A stretch of DNA of 64,000 bases, taken from positions 73,843 through 137,842 of the forward strand of contig CAZUDX010000001.1 of NCBI GenBank assembly GCA_964618695.1, given 5' to 3'. Origin of the DNA: an uncultured Candidatus Bathyarchaeia archaeon. GTDB taxonomy: Archaea > Thermoproteota > Bathyarchaeia > Bathyarchaeales > Bathyarchaeaceae. Under the pieces are notes generated by a model, which searched no databases, was not told where the DNA came from, and saw only the letters and a list, made by a program, of their open reading frames with translations. Of the stretch, positions 18,026 to 26,949 are shown one piece after another; the stretch's first letter is position 1; each line of letters opens with the position of its first letter. A program made the translations under genes and the position numbers.

Positions 18026-19303
18026 TCACATCCATAAACCAAATCTTGCAATCAAATAAATGCTGGCGAAGCCTAACTGAAGGAAAGATAGTATCACACC
18101 TGTTTTCGTGAATTCGGCGAAACTCAGAGTGAGCCCTTCACGTTTGAGGGCGCCTATGGCCATAATAGCCACGGTACCACTTAATGGAGTAGTGGCGCCT
18201 CCCAGATTACTTCCAAGGACTAGTGCTGACCACACAGCTGCTGAATTTGAACCGTAAATTCCGCGGATCATTGGAACAAAAGTTAGTGCAACTGCCATGT
18301 TACTTACCACTGCACTTGTGATGCCGCTAAACCATAGGATTACTATACTTGCTGCCAAGGGGCTTCCTCCGAAGGTTTGGAATAGTTGCGTTGATATTTC
18401 GGTTAATATTCCAGTGCTTTCTAGACCGCGAACCACGACCATGAAGGCTGCTAGGAAAAACACTGTCTCCCAGTCTAGTTTTCTGAAGATCTCTGTCGGA
18501 TCAAAACTGCTCAGAGCCAAGGCAAGAATGGCGCAACCCAAAGCTACAGCCTCTGGTCCAATACCGAAGTTCTCCAGCGTCAAAAAGAGCACCATTAGAA
18601 GGACGAGGATTAGTATGGAGCGGTAAAAAATTTTCTTGTCTTCTACGCTCTCCCACGGATTATATTCAGGCAGTTCCGTTTTTTCTCCGAGCCTCGACTT
18701 GAAAAGCATATACAAGACGAAGATGCTTAGTGCCCATAAAGCAATTTCACCAAGGGCTAAGAAGCTGAGGAACGCGTTGAAGCTTATTTCCGCTTCAACC
18801 CCAATTATCATATTCGCCACAGAGCCTATCAGAGTGCTTGTTCCCCCCAGATTTATCATCATCATAGCAGAAATGAAGTAAGGCACCGGATCGTAACGTA
18901 ACAGTTTAGTTATCGTCGCCACGGCAGCGGCTATAAGAAGCATCGCCATCGGGTCACTGAGAAACAATGAAACAGTTGCAGCGACTACGCAAATAAGGAC
19001 GAAGAGCCTACCTGGATTTCCTTTAGAGAGTTTAACGGCATATAGGGCTCCGAAATTAAAGAGTCCGCTACGTCTCGCCACCTCCACCACTATCATGACA
19101 CCCAGCAGCAGACCAAGTAGCCGGAAGTCGATGAAGCCGACAGCTTGATCGTATGAGAACACATTGTAGAGTAGACCGAACGCAACTGTTAGCAAAGCTC
19201 CGATCAATGCACCGACTGACATGGGAACGATTTCAGTGGCTGAAAGGAGAATAGTTAACAGATAGATGAGAAGGAAGAGTATTTGTATTTGGTCCATTTT
19301 CAT
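18026..19303 (-). CDS. ArsB/NhaD-superfamily (CitMHS-like) ion permease
   Basis: 425 aa with about 10-12 TM helices. Internally duplicated hairpin-like segments (GGTSTLIGS / GGATTPLSG) are typical of this superfamily. Confidence 0.65.
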   Translation of the reverse strand: MKMDQIQILFLLIYLLTILLSATEIVPMSVGALIGALLTVAFGLLYNVFSYDQAVGFIDFRLLGLLLGVMIVVEVARRSGLFNFGALYAVKLSKGNPGRLFVLICVVAATVSLFLSDPMAMLLIAAAVATITKLLRYDPVPYFISAMMMINLGGTSTLIGSVANMIIGVEAEISFNAFLSFLALGEIALWALSIFVLYMLFKSRLGEKTELPEYNPWESVEDKKIFYRSILILVLLMVLFLTLENFGIGPEAVALGCAILALALSSFDPTEIFRKLDWETVFFLAAFMVVVRGLESTGILTEISTQLFQTFGGSPLAASIVILWFSGITSAVVSNMAVALTFVPMIRGIYGSNSAAVWSALVLGSNLGGATTPLSGTVAIMAIGALKREGLTLSFAEFTKTGVILSFLQLGFASIYLIARFGLWM

Positions 19304-19881
19304 TCACTGTTTTTTCTTCGCTCAGCCATTTTTGCGAGAATGTTTGCTACGGATTCTGCTTTTCGTTCAACTATTCTGTAGAGGATTCGCCCAATATCGT
19401 AGATTAGGACGAGAATTATTCCGAGAGCAACATATATAGTGACTTTTCCTAAGAGGTCACTGACATTAGGCTCCAGAGTTGTTATCAGAGGCTGAAGCGC
19501 GGTAGTCACCAAGATAATAGCGATAATATAAATAGCGTCTCTCACGGCTCTCTTCGGAGACCTTTCTTGTTTAATCCCCAAGCGTTTCACAAAGACGTCT
19601 GTCAGAATGTCACTCAGCACCAACGCATCCGCCAATACCCGTATCACAAAGATTGCTGTGAAGATTAACGCAATAGTTCCTACTAATGTGCCGGCGTTTA
19701 TGTTGATACCTGGAAGCATTATGTCGCCCATCAATGGCGGGACAAAAATGTTCACCAAATAAAAGATAACCGCTATGACCAAGCTCATCGTTAACCGAGG
19801 AAATCTCTGCCGAATCTCGTCACCAACATGTTTCCCCACCAACCGTCTATCCCTCAATAACTTCGCCGTATGTTTTGACAT
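19300..19881 (-). CDS. Four-TM membrane protein, unknown function
   Basis: 193 aa. Its stop overlaps the permease start (ATGA). No motif recognised. Confidence 0.45.
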   Translation of the reverse strand: MSKHTAKLLRDRRLVGKHVGDEIRQRFPRLTMSLVIAVIFYLVNIFVPPLMGDIMLPGININAGTLVGTIALIFTAIFVIRVLADALVLSDILTDVFVKRLGIKQERSPKRAVRDAIYIIAIILVTTALQPLITTLEPNVSDLLGKVTIYVALGIILVLIYDIGRILYRIVERKAESVANILAKMAERRKNSE

Positions 19882-20334
19882 TTCATAAATATTAACGCTA
19901 CGATGTCATGCGAACGAGTGACTGGTGACTCTCGACAAAAAATTTAAAAAAATGAATACAAATTGCATCTATAGCTTTATCATCAAATACACTTCAACAT
20001 TTATTGATAGAAAAGAAAAATAAAGATTTGGAAGAGAAAACTCCAGCTTTTTCTGTTTTTTATTCTTAGGGGCTAATCAGTGATACATCAGTTTCTCTTC
20101 CATGATATAAAGACAAGATTAAAACTGCATTTAATTGTAGACCCGCCGTTGAAATCGATGAAAATCTTCTCTGGTTTCAGCTAACAAATCGATTTTGACG
20201 GAACCATTTTTGCATAATTTGTTGAAACTTTCTGATGTCAGAATCTTAAAGAGACGATTTTTTGCGCATTTCCAGCGTGTTAAAGCTTTTCTGCTAGAAC
20301 AGCCTTACACTCTACCTTAACATTTGTCAGAAAA

Positions 20335-20685
20335 ATGGGGTTCACTTTGGAACCGAAAGAATTGAAGACTATGGCTGCTGTGCTGCAGGAGTTGGGGCTA
20401 AGTTACACTGAGACTCTTGAAGTTATGAGTGGAGTTTCTAAAGATTTACGCCACACGAAAAAGTTATGGCGGGATGGCCACAAGTCTAAACTCGTCAAAC
20501 TCGCGTTTGCTCTGATAACTTTTCCAGAACCCACTCCCATAAGCGAGAGTTTAGGCGCCACTGTCCTAGCATTGGGGTTGGTCCAGAACAGAATCAAAAA
20601 GTCAAGTTTACATATGGAAGATGTTTGCAGAACGTTCCAAGACATGAACAAGAACCTGCTAAAAATCAGACAAGAACTAATTTAG
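20335..20685 (+). CDS. Hypothetical protein
   Basis: 116 aa with an ATG start. One hydrophobic stretch. No motif recognised. Confidence 0.35.
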   Translation: MGFTLEPKELKTMAAVLQELGLSYTETLEVMSGVSKDLRHTKKLWRDGHKSKLVKLAFALITFPEPTPISESLGATVLALGLVQNRIKKSSLHMEDVCRTFQDMNKNLLKIRQELI

Positions 20686-20724
20686 CAATTTTGTAACGTT
20701 CTTCTGAACAAAACTGTGTTATAG

Positions 20725-21933
20725 TCAAGACTGAGATTTTTCGTCTGGAACTAATTCTTTTAGTTTTTCTTCTGGTGCGCCCAGACAGTATAGGATTCCA
20801 GCTAGGTTTTCTTTTGTTATGACGCCAGCCGCCACTTTCTGCAGAACTTCTTTAGGATAGAGAGCGATTCCTAACCCTGAATTTTGGAGCATAAACCTGT
20901 CGTTCGCCCCATCACCAACCGCAACAACCTGCTCCATCAAAAGATTTTCTTTCTCAGCAATCTCCCTCATCAACTCAGCCTTTCGCTCCGCATCAATTAT
21001 GGGCTCCACCAACTCCCCAGTCAGTTTCCCATCTTTTATCACTAGCTTGTTGGCATAAACATAGTCGATACCAAGTTTTTCTTTTATCTTTTCAACAAAC
21101 TGGATGAAGCCTCCTGAGATCAGGGCAATTTTGTAACCTAGGGCTTTTAGGGCTGTTATTAGTTCCTCCGCGCCTAGAGTCACATCCAAGTTTTCGACTA
21201 TAGACTGGATAACCGTGGCATCTAAGCCCTTCAGGAGTCGTACTCTTTCCTTGAGGGCTTGTTTGAATTCGATCTCTCCATTCATGGCTCGCGAAGTGAT
21301 TTCGCTAACTTTTCTGCCGACCCCAGCAGCCTTTGCCAATTCGTCAATCATCTCAGCGTCGATTAAAGTGCCGTCTACGTCAAAGACTATCAGCCGTTTG
21401 GGTCTTCGGAAAACTGTGTCCTTTTGAAAGACGACGTCTTGTCCAACCTCTTTGCACTCTCTGCTCAATTCTTCCTTGAAATCCTCGATGGGAACGGAGA
21501 CGTCGTTGATGTCGATGAGCAATTCCATGGCGTTCAATTCTCCATAGGCGATCATCCGTATCCGTTCGATGTTTGCGTTGTTCTGGGAAAGAAACCGTGA
21601 AACCTTTGCCACAATTCCTGGTCTATCCTTCCCAAGGGTTGTTAAGAGCACAAGTTTTTTGCCTATCTTTCGTCGTCCGGATTCAATGGAGTCTATGCTG
21701 ACTTCGAGACCTATCTTTTTTCCAAGGGATAGAAGCTGATTTTTGAGGCTTTCAAGGGGTACGGAAATGGTGCAACAATCTAGTATTATGAATATGGCGA
21801 AGAGTCCTCTCATGCTGAATGCTTCAATGTCAACGATGTTGCCGTTTGCTTTGGCTATCATTTCGGTTATTTCAGCTGTCAAACCGGGTTTGTCCTTTCC
21901 GGTGGCGGTGATTACTACGAAGGACGTGGACAT
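20725..21933 (-). CDS. serB: Phosphoserine phosphatase SerB with two N-terminal ACT domains
   Basis: HAD motif I FDVDGTLI, motif III/IV GDGANDRFM, and two ACT-like repeats (GKDKPGLTAEI, GKDRPGIVAKV). Start set at ATG 21933; the ORF track begins at TTG 21984. Confidence 0.8.
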   Translation of the reverse strand: MSTSFVVITATGKDKPGLTAEITEMIAKANGNIVDIEAFSMRGLFAIFIILDCCTISVPLESLKNQLLSLGKKIGLEVSIDSIESGRRKIGKKLVLLTTLGKDRPGIVAKVSRFLSQNNANIERIRMIAYGELNAMELLIDINDVSVPIEDFKEELSRECKEVGQDVVFQKDTVFRRPKRLIVFDVDGTLIDAEMIDELAKAAGVGRKVSEITSRAMNGEIEFKQALKERVRLLKGLDATVIQSIVENLDVTLGAEELITALKALGYKIALISGGFIQFVEKIKEKLGIDYVYANKLVIKDGKLTGELVEPIIDAERKAELMREIAEKENLLMEQVVAVGDGANDRFMLQNSGLGIALYPKEVLQKVAAGVITKENLAGILYCLGAPEEKLKELVPDEKSQS

Positions 21934-22075
21934 GTCAGCATTTCTCCTCAAATGAACAGTTTTTTCAAACAATGTCTTCTTCAATTCAAACTAGCGAATA
22001 GTCTCGCTCGCGCGTTGATATATAACTTTTGGCGATGTAAAAAGTTCCGTATTCTTAAAACTTAACAAGTCAATT

Positions 22076-23020
22076 TTAAACTGGCTGGATTATGGCTTGA
22101 AACAGAATGTATGCCATTATCAAGATTATGCCGCCTGTTTTGGAGATTCCGCCTCTTGTGAGAAAACGCCAGAAGATAACTGTGGTTATCAGCAAGAACG
22201 GAAGAAGCTCTGTGAAGATCGTTATGTCAACTGCGAAGGGAGAAGCGAGAAGCACCAACCCCAAAACGAGAGTTAGATTAGTAAGGTTAGAACCAATAAT
22301 TCCTCCTATTGCCAAGTGAACATGTCCTCGTCTGACGGCTGCAAAATCTGTGGTGAGTTCTGGAAGAGATGTGCCGATTGCAATAACCTTTGCTCCAAGC
22401 AGGATTGGTGGAGCACCCAAAATGACGGCTATATTGACTCCGGAGGAAACAACAAGACGGGCGGCTATGATTACACCGGCTAAGCCGAGGATCAAAAGTC
22501 CGATAACTTTTGTTTTGCTTCCCTTTACAACCACTTCAGAGTTGTTCGCTTCCACTCTAGGCGTTCTCTTTTTTGCCATAAAATACGTGTTCACTACAAA
22601 AGTTCCCAAAAGCATTACGCCAACTAGTGGACTTGCTACGTTGAATACTACAAGGAGCAACGGAATCAAAGATGTGATGACAAGAATGTCGGTGAGGTCT
22701 GTCAAAAGGTCTGTGCAACACGTTTTGAGGTATCCCAGCATTCCTAATAAACCTAAAACTGCGCCTATGTTGAAGACGTTCGAGCCCAGAATGTCTCCTA
22801 CGCTTATTCCAGGCTCCCCCTGAAGAACAGAGAAGAGGGCTACAATTATCTCAGGCGTCGACGTCAACACTGCGAGAAGTATAAACCCAGCAGACATCTC
22901 GCTTAAGCCCGTGACTGCAATCAGTTTCTCTATAGATTTTATAGTGTAATGGCTAGCTGCAGCTAAAATAACTAATGAGGCAGCGAATATCAGCACTTGA
23001 ACTATGAGGTCATCAATCAC
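22076..23020 (-). CDS. CaCA-family Na+/Ca2+ exchanger (YrbG/NCX_Mj-like)
   Basis: 314 aa. Alpha-repeat motifs GDILGSNVFNIG and GTSLPELTT...GSNLTNLT. Confidence 0.85.
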   Translation of the reverse strand: MIDDLIVQVLIFAASLVILAAASHYTIKSIEKLIAVTGLSEMSAGFILLAVLTSTPEIIVALFSVLQGEPGISVGDILGSNVFNIGAVLGLLGMLGYLKTCCTDLLTDLTDILVITSLIPLLLVVFNVASPLVGVMLLGTFVVNTYFMAKKRTPRVEANNSEVVVKGSKTKVIGLLILGLAGVIIAARLVVSSGVNIAVILGAPPILLGAKVIAIGTSLPELTTDFAAVRRGHVHLAIGGIIGSNLTNLTLVLGLVLLASPFAVDITIFTELLPFLLITTVIFWRFLTRGGISKTGGIILIMAYILFQAIIQPV

Positions 23021-23114
23021 TTGGATAAACCCGAGTTATTCTGTTAATTGGAGTTACATATGCTTTGCTAAAACTGATAATCTACAACAAACATACCCAA
23101 AAAAAGGGTGGAGA

Positions 23115-24341
23115 TTAGGTTCTGGCAGCTGCTTTCTCCAGAGCAACAACTCCGGGCAGCTGCTTCCCAATAAGAAACTCTATCAAGGCGCCTCCTGCAG
23201 TGCTGACATAGGACATTTTGTCAGCCAATCCCAATTTTTCCACGGCAGCAACTGTGTGTCCTCCGCCAACCAAGGAGAAACCATCAGAATCGGCTACCGC
23301 CTCAAGAACCATTTGAGAGCCTTTCTTGAACTCCGGATTTTCGAAGACACCCACAGGACCGCTGACAACTATTGTCTTAGCTTTCAGTATTATATCGCCG
23401 AATTTTTTGCCTGTCTCAGTTCCGATGTCAAGGATTGGATTGTTTGTTGGAAGGTCATCAACAGTTATCTCTTGTCTTTTGTCGTTCACTTGCATTGCCA
23501 GATCCACGGGAACAATAATAGCTCCCGGATATTCATTCATTAGCTCTTTTATGCCCGGAACTAAACCCATCAGGTCCTTCTTTTCCAAGAACTGCATGTT
23601 CGGTTCTCCCAAGTCCACATTCTTGGCTACAAGAAAAATGTGACCTATAACCCCGCCAGTTAAAACGTAGTCAGCTATGTCGTTCTTAAGCACATAACGA
23701 GATATATCCAACGAGTCGTCTCCCTTCGCTCCCCCAATCACGAAGACAGAGGGCTTCTCAGGAGCCTCCAGAACCTTCCCAAGAGCTTTGAGTTCGCGTT
23801 CCATGATTCTTCCAGCAGCACTGGGCAAAACAGCTGTGAAACCAACCATTGAAATGTGAGCCCTGTGAGCCGCAGCGAAGGCGTCATTAATGAACAAGTC
23901 TGCTAGAGGGGCTAAGTTCTTCACAAACTCAGTTTTAGAATGCTCTTCAGGTGAAGCTTTCTTTTGCTCGTTTGAGACACTTCTAACGTTTCCTAAGACC
24001 AGAACTTCTCCGCTCTTCAATGCCTTAATGGCTTTCTGCGCTTTCTCTCCAAAAACATCATCCACATATTTCACGGTCATGTTTAATGCTTTGCCGAGAA
24101 GCTTGGCGTGCTGATCGAGGGGAATGAAGTCGGGTTCCCCAGGTCTGCCTTGATGTGCTAAGATCACGGTTTTTGCGCCTTTTTCTACCAGTTCACTGAT
24201 TGTTGCATCTGCGTGGGCACGAATTCTTTTATCATTAATAATCTGCTTAGTTTTCGGGTCAAGCGGCGAGTTAAAGTCTACTCTAACAAGAACCGTCTTG
24301 CCTTTCAAGTCGAAATCATCCATTGTCAAGAATTTTGGCAT
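23115..24341 (-). CDS. pgk: Phosphoglycerate kinase (archaeal type)
   Basis: 408 aa. Motifs RVDFNSP, AHQGRPG, GGAKGDDS and TAGGALIEF. Confidence 0.95.
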   Translation of the reverse strand: MPKFLTMDDFDLKGKTVLVRVDFNSPLDPKTKQIINDKRIRAHADATISELVEKGAKTVILAHQGRPGEPDFIPLDQHAKLLGKALNMTVKYVDDVFGEKAQKAIKALKSGEVLVLGNVRSVSNEQKKASPEEHSKTEFVKNLAPLADLFINDAFAAAHRAHISMVGFTAVLPSAAGRIMERELKALGKVLEAPEKPSVFVIGGAKGDDSLDISRYVLKNDIADYVLTGGVIGHIFLVAKNVDLGEPNMQFLEKKDLMGLVPGIKELMNEYPGAIIVPVDLAMQVNDKRQEITVDDLPTNNPILDIGTETGKKFGDIILKAKTIVVSGPVGVFENPEFKKGSQMVLEAVADSDGFSLVGGGHTVAAVEKLGLADKMSYVSTAGGALIEFLIGKQLPGVVALEKAAART

Positions 24342-24401
24342 TCTATCACCTACTTAGAAAAGGAAAAGGGTTGGATTTGAGATTTTTTGTGGTTTGCCAG
24401 T

Positions 24402-25418
24402 TTAGGCTGCCATCTTGCAGATTTTTTCGATCATCCGCGCCATCTTAGCTGAGTAGCCCCACTCGTTGTCATACCAGGCAAGGACTTTGACTAGGTTTCC
24501 TATGACCATTGTTGAGGTTCCGTCTATGATGGCTGAGTTACTATTGTGTATCAAATCCGATGAAACCAGTGGTTCCTCACTATATTCTAGGATGCCTTTC
24601 AGTTTTCCTTGGGCTGCCTTCTTGAAAGCTGCGTTGATTTCGTCTTTGCTAGCCTCTTTTTTCAGTGTCGCCACCAAGTCAACTATGGAAACGTCTGGTA
24701 TTGGAACACGTAGTGCCAAACCGTTCAGTTTTCCATTAAGCATGGGAAGGGCTAAACCAACTGCTTTGGCTGCGCCGGTCGTTGTTGGAATCATGTTGAA
24801 GGCTGCTGATCTAGCTCGTCTCAGGTCCTTGTGTTGCATGTCAAGAAGTCTCTGGTCGTTGGTTACAGCGTGAACTGTAGTCATGATTCCTTGCTCAATG
24901 CCAAATGTGTCATTAAGAACTTTTGCTGTTGGCGCCAAACAGTTAGTAGTGCACGATGCCAAGGAGATTATGTTATGCTTTTTCGGATCGTAGAGGTCAT
25001 CATTTACTCCGTAAACTACTGTTAAGTCAGCGCTGGTTGCTGGACTCATAGGCGCGGAAACAAGAACCTTCTCTGCCCCGGCTTCCAAGTGTTTTGCGGC
25101 TGCATCTCTGGCTCTGAACCTTCCTGTTGATTCTACCGCTACGTAGACGCCCATTTCTTTCCAAGGTAGTTTTGTGGGGTCTGGTTGTGCCAGAACCTTC
25201 AGTTCTTTTCCGTCGACGATAAGTGCTCCTTCTTTGACTTTTACATCAAACGGGAATTTGCCGTGGGTAGTGTCGTTTTTCAGTAGGTGCGCTAATGTTT
25301 TTGCGTCTGTTAGGTCATTGATTGCTACAAAGTTTATGTCTGCGTTTTCTTCAAGGGCTGCTCGGTAAAGGAGCCTCCCTATTCTTCCAAACCCGTTTAT
25401 AGCTGCATTTACTTCCAT
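24402..25418 (-). CDS. gap: Type I (bacterial/eukaryal-type) glyceraldehyde-3-phosphate dehydrogenase
   Basis: 338 aa. Motifs INGFGRIGR, the active site SCTTNCLAP and WYDNEWGYS. Confidence 0.95.
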   Translation of the reverse strand: MEVNAAINGFGRIGRLLYRAALEENADINFVAINDLTDAKTLAHLLKNDTTHGKFPFDVKVKEGALIVDGKELKVLAQPDPTKLPWKEMGVYVAVESTGRFRARDAAAKHLEAGAEKVLVSAPMSPATSADLTVVYGVNDDLYDPKKHNIISLASCTTNCLAPTAKVLNDTFGIEQGIMTTVHAVTNDQRLLDMQHKDLRRARSAAFNMIPTTTGAAKAVGLALPMLNGKLNGLALRVPIPDVSIVDLVATLKKEASKDEINAAFKKAAQGKLKGILEYSEEPLVSSDLIHNSNSAIIDGTSTMVIGNLVKVLAWYDNEWGYSAKMARMIEKICKMAA

Positions 25419-25534
25419 TCTCTTTCACCTTTCTCCAGATTAACAGCTTTAATTATAGTTAGAGAATATTAATCTTGCGTGATTTAACAACACGAAAAGA
25501 AAAATGGCGAAGAAAAAACGTTAACGGTTTTTGT

Positions 25535-26410
25535 CTATGAAATTTTTTCGAGAATCTTGTCGGTCTTCACCTTGTGGCTTCGAAGCGCTAGCTCTTTAGG
25601 GTCTACACCCAAGGCTAAGGCTAGAAGTTCTGAATAGTGAAGCACTGGTATGTCGTAGACTTCGTTGAACTTCGATTTCACTTGGATTTGCCCAATGTCC
25701 AAGGCGACAAAACAGAAAGGACAGAGAGTTCCGATGCAGTCAGCACCCGCCTTAGTTGTGTTTACGAGTTTGTCTCTAGCGAGACTAAGGGCAAGATCGT
25801 CATCATAACCCCTCAAAAGACCACCACAACACTTCAACTTGTTTCGATACTCAACGCTCTCCGCACCCAGAGCCTCAATGAGGTTTTCCAACATTTGGGG
25901 GCGCTCTGGATCGTCGAATTCTAGCAGTTCGCTTGGTCTGAGGGAGTGACAACCATAGAAGGGCGCCACTTTCAACTTATTCAAAGGCTTAACTACACTC
26001 TCTTTCAGAGATTCAAGTCCGATGTCATCCATCAAAACCTGAAGGAAATGTTTCACCTCTATAGTGCCCTGAAACTCCTTTCCAGCCTTAGACAGGATTC
26101 CATTTACTTTTTCTCTAAGTTTTTTGTCCTTCTTGAGAGCCGCGTTAGTCATGGCGAGCGACTCAAAACAGCCAGTACACAAAGTAACAATATCTAGACC
26201 TGCTTCTTCAGCTAAACAGATGTTGTAAGCAGCTACAGCCTGACTGGTTTCCAAATCTATAGATTGAATAGGTGGAGGACAACAACAAGTCATGTCGTCC
26301 AAGTCGACGAGCCCAATTCCTAGTTTCGTCAGAGCCTTTCTTGCCGACAATTCATAGTTTGGTTGACGCGCGGGTATGGTACATCCTAGAAACAGAGCAT
26401 AGCTTTTCAT
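25535..26410 (-). CDS. hdrB: Heterodisulfide reductase subunit B
   Basis: 291 aa. Two CCG-domain signatures (CCCPPP..., CCGG...). ATGA overlap with hdrC. Confidence 0.9.
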   Translation of the reverse strand: MKSYALFLGCTIPARQPNYELSARKALTKLGIGLVDLDDMTCCCPPPIQSIDLETSQAVAAYNICLAEEAGLDIVTLCTGCFESLAMTNAALKKDKKLREKVNGILSKAGKEFQGTIEVKHFLQVLMDDIGLESLKESVVKPLNKLKVAPFYGCHSLRPSELLEFDDPERPQMLENLIEALGAESVEYRNKLKCCGGLLRGYDDDLALSLARDKLVNTTKAGADCIGTLCPFCFVALDIGQIQVKSKFNEVYDIPVLHYSELLALALGVDPKELALRSHKVKTDKILEKIS

Positions 26411-26949
26411 TGTGACTCCTCCTTCTGTTGTAGCTTATCAAAACCCGTTGCAGACAGAATTTTGCGCAGCGCGTCTATTCCGGTTGGCTTAAGGGGTGGC
26501 AAACCGTAGGCTATTCTCTTCTTTTCCACGAATTTGGAGACTTGAACTATACGTCCATCGTTCATGAGAGCCGACGCGAACTCTGAGTATATGTTCGGGA
26601 TGTACCCCTCAGCTAATGCAATGTTTCTCAGGGCGTAAATCAAATCGGCTATCTCAACCTTCTGCGGACACCTTTCTTGGCAGTTGAAACATGAACAACA
26701 AAGCCATATAGCATCGCCGGAGACCACCTCTTCCTTCTCGCCTAGGAGAGAAAGCTTGATGACTTCTCTGGGATTGAAGTTGGGGGTGATCTTAGCTACT
26801 GGACAGCTGCTAGCGCACGTCCCACACTGATAACATAAGGTTAAAGTTTCGCCGCCATGACGACTTGTAACCTCATCTGAGAATGGCATCTTGGATTTTT
26901 CCACTTTTTGTGTCATTATACTTCCGCCTCTTTTCATCAGAAAACTCAC
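26407..26949 (-). CDS. hdrC: Heterodisulfide reductase subunit C
   Basis: 180 aa. Two 4Fe-4S motifs, CYQCGTCASSCP and CCSCFNCQERCP. The start is ambiguous: GTG 26949, or ATG 26937/26916. Confidence 0.85.
   Translation of the reverse strand: MSFLMKRGGSIMTQKVEKSKMPFSDEVTSRHGGETLTLCYQCGTCASSCPVAKITPNFNPREVIKLSLLGEKEEVVSGDAIWLCCSCFNCQERCPQKVEIADLIYALRNIALAEGYIPNIYSEFASALMNDGRIVQVSKFVEKKRIAYGLPPLKPTGIDALRKILSATGFDKLQQKEESQ

Noticed and set aside
19882-20334. A replication origin, considered because of the length, AT-richness and inverted repeats of this region.
   Set aside because: There is no adjacent orc1/cdc6, the repeats do not resemble ORB or mini-ORB elements as I recall them, and only one pair of each repeat is present. 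The region is kept as a regulatory or ncRNA candidate only.
23004-23543. A 179-aa ORF spanning the CaCA/pgk spacer and running antisense into pgk.
   Set aside because: It has no RBS, most of it is antisense to the conserved pgk 3' half, and its sequence is not protein-like.
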